64,000 nucleotides of DNA, from NCBI GenBank assembly GCA_040771865.1, contig JAXGZF010000005.1:124001-188000 (forward strand), written 5' to 3'. The first letter of the stretch is position 1, and each line of letters starts with the position of its first letter. The position numbers and the translations under genes are program-made. Of this stretch, positions 21,974 to 31,939 are shown piece after piece. Source of the DNA: Desulfobacterales bacterium. Its GTDB lineage: Bacteria > Desulfobacterota > Desulfobacteria > Desulfobacterales > UBA2245. The notes under the pieces are model-generated. The model ran no database searches and was not told the DNA's origin. It saw only the letters and a program-made list of their open reading frames with translations.

Positions 21974-22594
21974 TTATCCCTTGTTGATCAGCAGAGCCAG
22001 GCCGAGGCGGTTGCCGGTTTTGGTCTTTTCATAGGCGGAGGTCAGGTGGGCTTTCACGGTCCGTTCGGTGATACCGAGATCGGCGGCGATTTCCAGGTTG
22101 GTCCGGCCAACGGCGACCTGTTCGGCGACGATGCGTTCCATTCGGGTCAGGTCGGCCAGTTTGCGGGTAACGGCCGGCGCTTCCTGCTTTGGCGCCCGGG
22201 CCGCTGCTGCATCGAGGATCAGGCGTTGAATGAGCTGCTGGCCGAGCCAGACGCCGCCGCCGCTGATAATGCGCACCGCCTCCGAGAGACGTGCAGGCGA
22301 GATGTAGGTGTTCCCGTATCCGGCGATTCCGGCTTTCAAAAAGGAGAGTCCCTCTTCCTCGTTCGGCTGGTCCGAAAGCAGAAAGAACCGGCCTGAGGGG
22401 ATCGCTTTGCGCAGCTGTACAAACGCGGGAATATCCGCCAGAGAGCGGTGCAGCAGGATCAGATCAAATTTTTTGGCCATGAACAGCCGTTTCACTTCGG
22501 CCAGCGTTGTCGCCCTCTCCACGGGGCGGGGGGAAAGCAGTTCGCTCCACCTTATGGTCACCGACGGGTTTGAACTGCTCAGCAGAATTGCCAT
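21974..22594 (-). CDS. LuxR/NarL-family transcription factor with a degenerate receiver domain
   Basis: C-terminal HTH LTRMERIVAEQVAVGRTNLEIAADLGITERTVKAHLTSAYEK; receiver-like N-terminus with FDLILLH; starts 4 nt after the lapC stop. Confidence 0.88.
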   Translation of the reverse strand: MAILLSSSNPSVTIRWSELLSPRPVERATTLAEVKRLFMAKKFDLILLHRSLADIPAFVQLRKAIPSGRFFLLSDQPNEEEGLSFLKAGIAGYGNTYISPARLSEAVRIISGGGVWLGQQLIQRLILDAAAARAPKQEAPAVTRKLADLTRMERIVAEQVAVGRTNLEIAADLGITERTVKAHLTSAYEKTKTGNRLGLALLINKG

Positions 22595-22598
22595 GCGA

Positions 22599-23984
22599 TC
22601 ACCTCTCTCTCAACGCCATGTGCTTGGCTCTCAGGACCGGTTTTAACAGGTACGTCAGAATCGTCTTCTTGCCGGTGAGAATTTCCGCTGTTGCAACCAT
22701 GCCAGGTATGATCGGCAGGGGGTTGTCCTTTGGACCGAGATAGTTCCGGTCTGTTCTCAACTCGACGAGATAATAGCTGTTTCCCTTGTCGTCCGTGAGG
22801 CTGTCCGCTCCGATACGCTCAAGCTTGGCGTCGAGGCCGCCGTAAATTGTGTAGTCGTAAGCGGTAATCTTGATCTTAGCCTCCTGTCCCGGCCTGAGAA
22901 AAGCGATGTCGGAGGGTTTGATTTTTGCCTCGATCAGAAGCGTCGCCTCGGTCGGAACGATCTCGACGAGGTTCATTCCGGGCTGGACGACCCCGCCTAC
23001 GGTGTTGATCAGCAGGCGGTTGACCGTGCCGTTGACTGGGGATTTTACGTGCGTCCGGTCGAGCCGGTCCTTGAGTGCGATGGAGGTGGCGGCGCCCTCA
23101 CCGAGCTGTGACGAGACCTCATTTAATTCCGCCTTTGCCTTGTTGAGAAAGTTCAACCTGAGCTCCTTGAGCGCCACCTGGCTTTCTCCGATCTTGGAAC
23201 GGACCCGGGGAATGGCCTGCCGCGTCGTTTCGATTTCGCCGAGCATCTCGCTGGCCCTGCGCTCCGTCTGAAGGACTTCCATCTCCGCAATGGCGCCTTT
23301 TTCCACAAGTGGTCGCAGCAGAGCGATTTCTTTCTGAAAAAGGTTATAGGTCTTGTTGAGTTCATCGAGCCGGACGTTGAGTTCCTTTAATTCATTGACG
23401 CGCTGATTGATCTGTTCCTGCTTGATTTCGATGCCGGAACGAAGCTCGTTCTGCCGGGACAGGTAGAGCTGCTGCTCGTGCAGGCCTATATCGGGTGCTT
23501 CCTGCATGACTTCCTCGGGAAGATGGAAGGGCGTGCCGCTCGTTTCGGCTTGCAGGCGCGCCGCCTTGGCCTTGTTGGCGAGATACTTGGCGCGGTTTTC
23601 CTGAAAGGACGACGCAAAACGGGTATCATCGATGCGCAGCAGCAGCTGGTCTTTTTGAACGGTGTCGCCCACCTTGACGAGGATCTCCGCGAGGATGCCG
23701 CCCTCCAGATTCTGAATGACCTGAATCTGTCCGGCGGGAATCACCTTGCCTGCTCCGCGTGTAACTTCCTCGATTTCCGAAACCGAGGCCCAGTAAAGAC
23801 CGGCGATGAACAGGACCAGGACCGTCCAGATGATTGCTCTGCCTCCCCGGGGGGACTGGGCAAGGATAGAGGTCCGGATATCCGTGGCGAAGTCGACGTC
23901 TTCGGCCTTTATGCGATAAAACAACTCCTTGGGATTCGATTCGATTTTCGACGGCGCCGGATTATTTTCGGTTGTTTCTGTCAC
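22599..23984 (-). CDS. lapC: HlyD-family T1SS periplasmic adaptor (LapC-like)
   Basis: EEVTRGAGKVIP...QVIQNLEGGIL, KSPVNGTV, TVGGVVQPG, ITAYDYTIYGGL and a C-terminal YLLKPVLRA...ALRER. Confidence 0.93.
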   Translation of the reverse strand: MTETTENNPAPSKIESNPKELFYRIKAEDVDFATDIRTSILAQSPRGGRAIIWTVLVLFIAGLYWASVSEIEEVTRGAGKVIPAGQIQVIQNLEGGILAEILVKVGDTVQKDQLLLRIDDTRFASSFQENRAKYLANKAKAARLQAETSGTPFHLPEEVMQEAPDIGLHEQQLYLSRQNELRSGIEIKQEQINQRVNELKELNVRLDELNKTYNLFQKEIALLRPLVEKGAIAEMEVLQTERRASEMLGEIETTRQAIPRVRSKIGESQVALKELRLNFLNKAKAELNEVSSQLGEGAATSIALKDRLDRTHVKSPVNGTVNRLLINTVGGVVQPGMNLVEIVPTEATLLIEAKIKPSDIAFLRPGQEAKIKITAYDYTIYGGLDAKLERIGADSLTDDKGNSYYLVELRTDRNYLGPKDNPLPIIPGMVATAEILTGKKTILTYLLKPVLRAKHMALRER

Positions 23985-23999
23985 AGAGTTTTCTCCTGC

Positions 24000-26173
24000 T
24001 TACATTTTGAGCTGGCCTCTCCTCATCGCCTCGAGGACGGAGGTCTTGGGTCCGTCCGCCACGATGGTTCCGTTGTCGATGACGACAAGGCGATCCACCA
24101 TCTCCAGCAAAGAGGCCCGGTGCGTGATCAGGATCAGGGTCTTGTCCCGGATCACTTCCGCCAGTTTCTTTCTGAGCCGGACCTCGGTCCGGTTGTCCAT
24201 GTTGCTTGTCGGTTCGTCCAGCACCAGTACGGGCGGATCGAGCAGCATTGCCCGTGCAATGACGATGCACTGCCGCTGCCCTCCGGAGAGCCCCCGGCCC
24301 AGTTCCCCGATCTCCATATCATACCCGAGAGAATGCTTTTTGACGAATTCATCGACGCCGGCCATATCCGACGCGCGCAGAATGGTCATGTCGTCCACGT
24401 CATGGGTGCCCATGGTGATATTGTTGCGGACGGTGCCCCGGAAAAGCTGAATGTCCTGGGGGACATACCCGATGAACCGGCGCAGCTCCGTAGGATCGAT
24501 CTGGCGGATGTCCGTTCCGTCCATCGTGACCATGCCGCTCTGGGGTTCGTAGAGGCCCAGCATGAGTTTGCCCAGCGTGGTCTTTCCCGAGCCGATGGGG
24601 CCGATGATGCCGACCTTTTCTCCGGCGCGGATCTCCAGCGTGATATTGTTGAGAACCTTGGCGGCCTGGCCGGGGTAGGAAAAGGTCAGGTTTTTGATTC
24701 CGATCGCGCCGTCGAAACGGGCCCGGTGCAGGAAAGTCTTGCCAGCGGGTCTCTCCACGGGAAGATCCATGATGTCGTTGAGTGTTTTGAGGGCTTCCTT
24801 GGCCCGCTGGTAGCGCGCTGCGAGACCCACCATCTGCCCCATGGGCGCCAGCACCTGCCGGGACAGAATGACCAGGGCGATCAGGCCGCCCTGGGTAAGT
24901 TTGCCATCGCTGATCATGTAAACGCCGCCGATAACCACGGCCACCACCACGGCGCTTTGCATGAAGAAGGAGAGGTCGGTGACCGAACCCGACAGGAAAC
25001 GCGACCGGGAGCTCCACTGCGCGATATAGCTGACCGCCTCCTCCCAGGCACGCTGAATCTGGCTTTCGGCGCCCAGCATCTTGATCGTTTCCAGGCCGGA
25101 GAGCCCCTCCACAAGGATGGCGTTTTTCTGGGAGGATGCTTTGAAGGTCCTTCCGACCGCCTTCTGCAGGGGAATCTGGATCAGGAGCGCGTAGATCAGA
25201 AGAAACGCGATTACGGCCAGAAAGAGGTAGACGATCGGGCCTCCGAAATACCAGACCACGAATAAACCCATCAGCATGAATGGCAGATCGATCACAGAGG
25301 TAATGGAAAAGGAGGTGACAAAATCCCGAATGCTTTCGAACTCCTGAAGATTTCGGGTAAAAGATCCGATGGACTGGGGCCGGACTTCCATTTTCAGATC
25401 CAGAACCTTCTGCAGCAGCATGGCGGAGATTCTGAGATTGGCCTTGTTTCCCGCCTCGTCGATAAAATAACTCCGCAATGCCCGCATCAGCACGGCAAAG
25501 AAATAGATCACCATGATTCCGATGGCCAGCACCCACAAAGTCTCCACCGCGTTATTGGGAATGACGCGATCATAGACGATCAGGACAAAGAACGGGCTCG
25601 CCAGGCCGAACACGTTGATCAGAAAGGAGGCCACCAGTACATCCCGGTATATGCGCCAGGATTTGAAAATTGTTCCCCAGAACCAGCCCTTACCTGAACC
25701 GAGGGCCAACTCGTCCAAAGATTTTTTTTCCAACCGGTATTTAGGACGAACGAAAATAGAATAACCGGCGTAGAGCCTCGCCAGTTCGAAATTTCGCATC
25801 AATCTTTCCAGCGCCTGTTTCCGGCAGCAGGATCTTAAACTGCTCACCTGTTGGGTGTTCTTGCCGACCAGCACGCATGCCTGACGGCCTGAGCGCAAAG
25901 TTCTGCCGGAAGTTGCAGGAGAGAAATCTTATCGAGGACCGTTTTACAACGCGGGATGACAGGTCAGGCCCGGTCCGCCGCCCTTGAAACAGCCCCACGG
26001 TAAGGCGATTCTTCATAAGCGGCAGTCCGAACCAGTCCCGTACGCAGCAGGCCGTCCGTGCAGCTTTGTCAGTTGACCAGACAATCCAGAAGCGGATCGT
26101 CAAAAGCATCCATATCCCTTTCGAGCTTCCAATCTGTCGCAGGGTCTTGTTCCCTTGTTTCAGGTATATTCAT
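24000..26173 (-). CDS. lapB: T1SS permease/ATPase (LapB/LssB-like); 5' part frameshifted
   Basis: ATG at 26173 reads MNIPET...DDPLLDCLV (C39-like domain start), with indels at about 25850-26075. The ABC membrane domain, Walker A GPIGSGKT, LSGGQRQ and LDEPT are intact in 24000-25898. Confidence 0.88.
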
Positions 26174-26318
26174 TTTTTACCATCCAGGGAAACCATCGTT
26201 CGCGGCGTATTGAATCCAAGTTTCTATCTTTCAATCATTCTATTTACTATATATTTTTTTAAAAACTAATGTTATTTTCTCAAAATAGATTTGCCTCGGT
26301 AAATCATCCGAGGACATC

Positions 26319-26643
26319 ATGTTGTACGTAGAGCGGGACAAAGAAGGCAATATCATCATGATTCACAGCTCTCCCAGATCGAGCGCCGATGAAGAAAAAC
26401 ATGGTATGGATGAAGAAATTCTGGATTTTCTGAATAAACCGTCAGCGCTGGTCTCGCAGTTGCTGCTGTCCCTGTCGGACATGGGGATTATCCGCCTGCT
26501 GGAAGACCGATTGACTCCCTGATTCAGAAAAACGTCATTTGTTATACGGAACTTCCGGAGCAGGCCTATGGGTAACCTGAAAAACGCAAGCGGTTGAGAG
26601 AAACGATCACCCTCAGACCTTGACGGTTGACGATATCCTGTGA
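26319..26643 (+). CDS. Small lap-locus-associated protein (family often mislabelled tryptophan synthase beta-like); frameshifted
   Basis: SD GAGG; MLYVERDKEGNI...SDMGIIRLLED, then a shifted frame gives IDSLIQKNVICYTELPEQA...RKRLRE...VDDIL* ending at 26643. Confidence 0.65.
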
Positions 26644-26649
26644 GTTCGT

Positions 26650-28605
26650 ACGCATAAGTTATTTGCAGCATCCTGATCGATTTCGCTGTCTGCGACATAT
26701 CCCTGGATCGCGTCGACGTTCAGTTCGCTGAGAATCTGCACCTGCTGCTCGGTTTCCACGCCTTCCGCGATCACCATGATGTCGATGCTGTGCGCGACGC
26801 CGCACAATGAGCCGATGAAGAAGCGGCTGTCGCTTCTTGTCCTTGAGTTCTCCGGTGTAGGCCTGGTCGATCTTGACATAGTCCGGACGCATGGATTTGA
26901 GATATCCTGTGCTGGAGAAGCTCTGCCCGTAGTGATCGAGGCTCATGGCGTGGCCGAGTCCAGCACGAAGGCGCTGAATTCCTTCACCATTTCCGCATTT
27001 GCAGCGCGCTGAATTCGGCGAATTCAAGATGATCCGCGCCGATTTCAGGCAAAGGCTTTCACCAGGTTTGAGCCACTGCTGGAACGTAAATCGCCTTTTC
27101 AGGCGGTGTTCGCCTGCCAAAGCTGAAGCCGCCAACTGGTTGCGGATTCATCCGCATCACCCTCGATAACGATGCGAAGCCCGGCGGTGACATCAGATTG
27201 AGTCGTTCGGCCAGGCATAAATACGCCCGCACGGAGTTTAAGCTGTCTTCCCGGATGATTCGAGAAAATCTCCAGATGGAGGATTCGATTTTGTCCTTTG
27301 TTTTTCCGGATTGCCGGGCGTCAAGGCTGACACGCCGTTCCATGAGGGCTTTTTCAGCATTTCCTTCCACTGCTGCTGCCCCCATCGGCATTTTGTCCGT
27401 TCCCTCGGTAATCGTACGGACGCTCCGTTGTTGGGTCCCGTCTGTCTGGGCAAGGCGGTTGTGGGCGAAATCCGGTCGAAAAGCAGATGCCGAGCGTTGC
27501 GCGGCGGTTTTCATGTTGCGCCCCCACATGGCCGGATATTGTCCGGAACGGCGAGCTGCTCCAAGGCAGCTGTTCTATTCGATGGGCGATATTGCGGGCG
27601 ATCTTCTCGGCATCCCAGGAAGGGGCGTCCGGGAGAAAAATGCCGAAGTCGCCCCCCGTGAGCCGTGAGAGAACGCAGCTCTCGCATTGCCTTGTGACTT
27701 CCTGAAGCTGCGCGCGGCCATCCTTTGCAGAAATGCGTCTCCGGCCTGAAAACCCCAGTCCTGATTGAGCCTGTCCAGATCGTTCAGCTTAACTGGCAGT
27801 AAAATTCCCTTTGTGACGCTGTCCTGGCGATCGAGCCGGGCAGTGACCTGGGTGTCGAAGTAGCGGCGGTTGCCCAGTCCCGTTACTGACTGGCGATAGG
27901 CGCGTTCCCGGTCTCTCCGCCAGAACGACCTTGCTCTTCGAACATCTCTTTGACCTTATTCGTCATGCGGTTCATGGCTTCGACCACTCGCCTTGAGCTC
28001 AATGGTCCACGGTGCGCGTTTTGAATTTCATATTCCTTTCTGCAAATGGCGTCTGCCTGCTGTTCGGCCAGCACCAGCGGTTTGAGCAGCATCAGCCCCA
28101 GGCTTCCTGCTACGAGTACAAAAATGCCGCAGGCCACAAACCAGATGGTCGTTCGGATCACATCCTCCCAGAGTGTCTTGTATGCATAACCCGGATGACT
28201 CTTCACATAAACGGACCCTGCCTGATTCCATCCAGACATGATGCCGGCGCTGGCATCGGGGGCTTCCAGCCTGATCCAGCGAATGAACCAGGGAGGCACG
28301 TTCTCGATGGAGACATCGAGATTGCGCTCGATCAGAACATCGCCCCTTACGTCCGACAGCTGAATGGAACCATAATACCCGCGATCAAATACGGCATTGA
28401 TCATGCTTTCAATGGTCGGCATGTCCTTTTCGATCATATACTGCGTGATGGACAGCGCAAGGGAGGTTGCCGTATCCTGTGCATGAGACTCGAGCTGATC
28501 TGCCAGGAACGTGCGGGTGCTCTCTACCTTGGCAAGCCAGGTTCCGGTAAAGAGGATGAAAAACAAGGCAAGGGTAAAAATGATCAGTTGGCGATAAAGC
28601 GTCAT
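26650..28605 (-). pseudogene. lapD: LapD-like c-di-GMP receptor (periplasmic-HAMP-GGDEF-EAL) with many frameshifts; 3' end approximate
   Basis: N-terminus MTLYRQL...QLESHAQDTATSLALS...NAVFDRGYY; fragments LGNRRYFD, degenerate SRLTGGDF, PDYVKIDQAY and AEGVETEQQ...VDAIQGY fall in different frames. Confidence 0.85.
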
Positions 28606-28620
28606 ATTTCTGCCCCCATT

Positions 28621-29364
28621 TTACAGTTTGCTCTCCGATAATTTTTTCTGCAGATTGCGCCAGGGCTTGAGCCGTTCGCTTTTTGCGGGGAGATGGCCCT
28701 GTGATCGCTGTTTGGCCGTCCAGAGGCCGCTGCCGTTGAAGCCCAGAACAGGCTGCAGGTCGGGCCGCTTCGATGCGGGAGCGATGCCGTCTATGAGATT
28801 GTCGAGAATCAGCGGTTCGGCTGTCGGTGTGCTGTAATAAGACAAAACCATGTGGGCGATTCCGTACTGAAGGGCCTTGACGTACATGATATTCAGTTTT
28901 TCTTCCTTTACACCGATCTCTTTGAGGGTGAAAAACTTGGCGATTGCAAAATCCTCGCAATCCCCTGCATTCCTGCAGAGAAACTCGAGAGGGGTAGCCC
29001 AGTAGTCCTTCGTTTTCCAGACTTCGATATCACTGGCGTACCGAACCCGGCTGTTGAAGAACTGGTTGACAATTTCAAGTTTTTCCAGGTCCGATTTGCT
29101 TCTGTCCGTCGTCCGAATGATGTCTTCCCATTCCAGCAGACGCGTTGCCGCTTCTTTGCCGTACCTAATCTCCGCCTGTTTCAGAAGTTCCCGATTGATC
29201 CGGAAGCTTTCATCCATTCCGGCGCTGGAAACAGCCGCCGCCATGAAAATGATCAAAATCAGCCGGGAAAACCTGCTTCTCACGGCTTGTCCGATAAAGG
29301 CGGTCAGAGTCGATCCGAACCGCGACCTGGGTCGATCCATCCTTCCGATTTTTCCGACCTCCAC
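28621..29364 (-). CDS. lapG: Transglutaminase-like periplasmic cysteine protease (LapG)
   Basis: DYWATPLEFL, catalytic GDCEDFAIAK, AHMVL and LILDNL; immediately upstream of lapD. The true start may be further downstream. Confidence 0.92.
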   Translation of the reverse strand: MEVGKIGRMDRPRSRFGSTLTAFIGQAVRSRFSRLILIIFMAAAVSSAGMDESFRINRELLKQAEIRYGKEAATRLLEWEDIIRTTDRSKSDLEKLEIVNQFFNSRVRYASDIEVWKTKDYWATPLEFLCRNAGDCEDFAIAKFFTLKEIGVKEEKLNIMYVKALQYGIAHMVLSYYSTPTAEPLILDNLIDGIAPASKRPDLQPVLGFNGSGLWTAKQRSQGHLPAKSERLKPWRNLQKKLSESKL

Positions 29365-29451
29365 AAAATCATGTTGATTCCGGAAAACTTGAAAACCACG
29401 GCATCGGTTTCCCGGTTCAGCCGCTCAATAAAACCAATCTCGCATATATAA

Positions 29452-29503
29452 ATAACCTTTGAAAATGGATCCGCGAGCTGCGGATCCAATATTCAAAGGT
29501 TAT
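29452..29503 (-). terminator. Long hairpin between lapE and lapG
   Basis: ATAACCTTTGAA..TGGATCCGC-GAGCT-GCGGATCCA...TTCAAAGGTTAT, a stem of about 21 bp. Confidence 0.6.
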
Positions 29504-29643
29504 AGAAAATAACATCGTTACGACTTTTGAGAAGAGAGATTTCCGTTTATGGTGCGACAGGTTCCGGATATTTGCTTGTTACGGACCGCCTCTCTGTCTC
29601 ATCCGACTTTGAAGACGCAACTTTCCGCAGTTCATCAGCCGGG

Positions 29644-30999
29644 TTATTCCTTTGCAGCTGCAACCTCGGCGCCTTCATCTGCCGTTGCTTCTTCGACAAT
29701 GCTTGCTTCAGGCCACTCCAGCCCCATCGAATGAACGAGCTTGCCCATTCCGCTCAGGATTCTGAATTCAGAGTAAGTCTGATCGTAGTTGGCTTTTGCG
29801 AAATCGGATTTTGCGTTAATCGCTTCCGCCTGGGTGTCCAAGAGATCAAACATGGTGCGCCTTCCAATGCTCCACTGCGTGGCAAAGGCATCAGCGGTTG
29901 CTTCGGAGGCCTTGACATAATCCTCGAGATGAGCAACGCGTTCCTTGGCCGCTTCGTTGGCTTCCCAGGAAAGGCGAATCGACTGGACGGTCTCACGTTC
30001 GGTATTTTTTAGAATCTCTTCCGCTTCCTTGATCAGGTACTTTGTTTCCTGAATTCGTCCGTAATCCCGTCCGCCATTGAAAAGATTGTAGCTGACAACG
30101 GCAGCCGCCGAAAAATAGTCCCGACGGTAGTCGTTGGGGTATACCTCATCTTCCCAGTTGTAATCCGCCGCAACGTCAAGCGTCGGAGAGAGCAGTCTCC
30201 TGGCAACTTCATACTGCAATTGTCTCGCCTCCAGATCAGCCTTGGCGGACTTGATAATGGGATAGTTGTTCAGCGCAAAGTGTTCCGCCTCATCCAGAGT
30301 CGCGGGAAGGGCTGCTTCCAAACGCTCTATTTCGGCAAGCTGCCCCGGATGCCGGCCGACGACCGCCTGGTAATCCGTTATTGCGTCGTTCAGGTTTGCC
30401 GCCGTCACGACGACGTTGGACTGCGCCAGCGCGAGACGACCCATTACCTGTTCGAGTTCCGCTCTGCTGTCCACGCCGGACTGCATTCTCAACTTGACCT
30501 GGTCGGCAATGCGTTCATGGTTGACGAGGTTTTGCTTGGCAAGTTCGTGGAGTTCGCTGCTCAGGAGCACATTGATGTAAACCCGGGTTGTCAGAAGGGC
30601 GATGTTTTCCGACGTGCCCTGCAGGAGAAAGGCCTGGGACTTTTCGCGCGCTTTCTGCCGGTCCACATCGGCTACATCCGCGCCGCCCCGGAATAAATTC
30701 TGGCGAGCGCCCAGCGTATGCTGCTTGGGCCAGGATTTATCGTTGGAAATCTCGGGTTTATCCTGTTTCATATAGCCCAATGAAAATGCGCCGCCAAGAG
30801 TTGGGTAATAGGCTCCTTTTGCCTGTACGACCTCCTGGGTCCTGGCCTGACGGTTATAGCCCAACTCCTTGATCTGCGGATGCGTTTTAAGTACTTGTTT
30901 AACCGCTCTCGGCAAATTGTCGGCTTGAACCTGGCCGCTTCCGAGGGTCATTATCCCCGCAAAGGCAATGACCGCGATTCTGAAAAACAATTTCATCAT
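29644..30999 (-). CDS. lapE: TolC-family outer membrane protein (LapE/AggA-like)
   Basis: SD GAGGAGG; signal peptide; AKGAYYPTL, QNLFRGG, SYNLFNGG and QWSIGRRTMFDLLDTQAE. Confidence 0.92.
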   Translation of the reverse strand: MMKLFFRIAVIAFAGIMTLGSGQVQADNLPRAVKQVLKTHPQIKELGYNRQARTQEVVQAKGAYYPTLGGAFSLGYMKQDKPEISNDKSWPKQHTLGARQNLFRGGADVADVDRQKAREKSQAFLLQGTSENIALLTTRVYINVLLSSELHELAKQNLVNHERIADQVKLRMQSGVDSRAELEQVMGRLALAQSNVVVTAANLNDAITDYQAVVGRHPGQLAEIERLEAALPATLDEAEHFALNNYPIIKSAKADLEARQLQYEVARRLLSPTLDVAADYNWEDEVYPNDYRRDYFSAAAVVSYNLFNGGRDYGRIQETKYLIKEAEEILKNTERETVQSIRLSWEANEAAKERVAHLEDYVKASEATADAFATQWSIGRRTMFDLLDTQAEAINAKSDFAKANYDQTYSEFRILSGMGKLVHSMGLEWPEASIVEEATADEGAEVAAAKE

Positions 31000-31622
31000 A
31001 CCCGCCTCCTCATCAGTTGGTTAATTGCCCGGTACTTATATAAAAACTGAGTAAACAAAACCCTGAAAGCTTAAGTACTATATAAAGAATATTATGCTTA
31101 TAAAAACACCGACGCCATATAACTTACAAGTTTAAATGCATTTTAGCAAACCATAAATTCATTAAAAATTCCATAAAAAAAATTCTACGCGTAAAATATT
31201 TTGTGTTAATTTATTGTATGCTTGTTCAGCGGGCCAATTTAAAAACGTTCCACGGCGGACCCTTAAAAGAAGGTCCGGGCGCGAATTGTGTCAAGAATGA
31301 AAGGGCGAATGTTCAAAAATCTATTGATAAACTTGGATAACCCTCAAAATGCCGATTTTTGGAAACATCCTGCCCTGTGTTTATTTAACACATTTTTAAA
31401 ATAATTCACTTGATTCAGGACTTTTGAGACCACTTTTATTCTGCAATTTTCGTACCGAAAAAACAAATTTCAAACCATCTGACGCTATAACCCTTTTCAA
31501 CCGCTTTTTTCGGGCAAAACAGGCATGTATTTCCAAGACAGTTGTCTTGTCCATCCCCCTGGTCCTTGCGAATGTGACAATTATTGCATATATTTTTCAA
31601 AAATTGTCATTAAGGAACTTTC

Positions 31623-31673
31623 ATGCGCATCTTTCTAATTGAAGACGATTCCAAGATCCCCTCCATTTTAAAA
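31623..31673 (+). pseudogene. Remnant of a response-regulator receiver N-terminus
   Basis: SD AAGGA then MRIFLIEDDSKIPSIL, the classic receiver beta1-acidic pocket start; similarity is lost afterwards. Confidence 0.45.
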
Positions 31674-31898
31674 TTCTGCGGCCTCTGCCGCCGGAGGCTC
31701 ACAAAATCTTTTCCGCACGAGTGTCAAAAACGATGGAATGTTTTGTTTCAGAAAGCAGGGCGGCGTGAGGGCAGGGGAGAAAACTTCCGGTTTTTCGATT
31801 CAGCCGTCTCCGGTTTTAGCGTCATCCGGGTTCGTGTCCGGCAACATAAAAGTTGTAAACAAGTTGTGCCAGCTTGCATTCAGGATAAAGACCAAGGA

Positions 31899-31932
31899 AA
31901 AAGGGCCACGGCGCGAAACGCCGTAACCCTTT
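31899..31932 (-). terminator. Hairpin terminator after tRNA-Leu
   Basis: Minus strand reads AAAGGGTTACGGCG-TTTCG-CGCCGTGGCCCTTTT. Confidence 0.65.
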
Positions 31933-31939
31933 ATTTTAT

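Noticed and set aside
23478..25536. 595-aa plus-strand ORF and 378-aa alternate-frame ORF
   Set aside because: Shadows of lapC/lapB in GC-rich coding DNA.
13500..28100. Programmed frameshifting or Sec/Pyl read-through to explain the broken ORFs
   Set aside because: The breaks are scattered indels at different positions in otherwise identical repeats, not in-frame TGA/TAG codons or a consistent slippery site.
31240..31300. Hairpin CGGACC-CTTAAAAGAA-GGTCCG upstream of lapE as a c-di-GMP riboswitch
   Set aside because: It lacks the GGCAAA / GNRA / GCAAA signature and second stem of the class I aptamer, and the loose resemblance is on the wrong strand for lapE.
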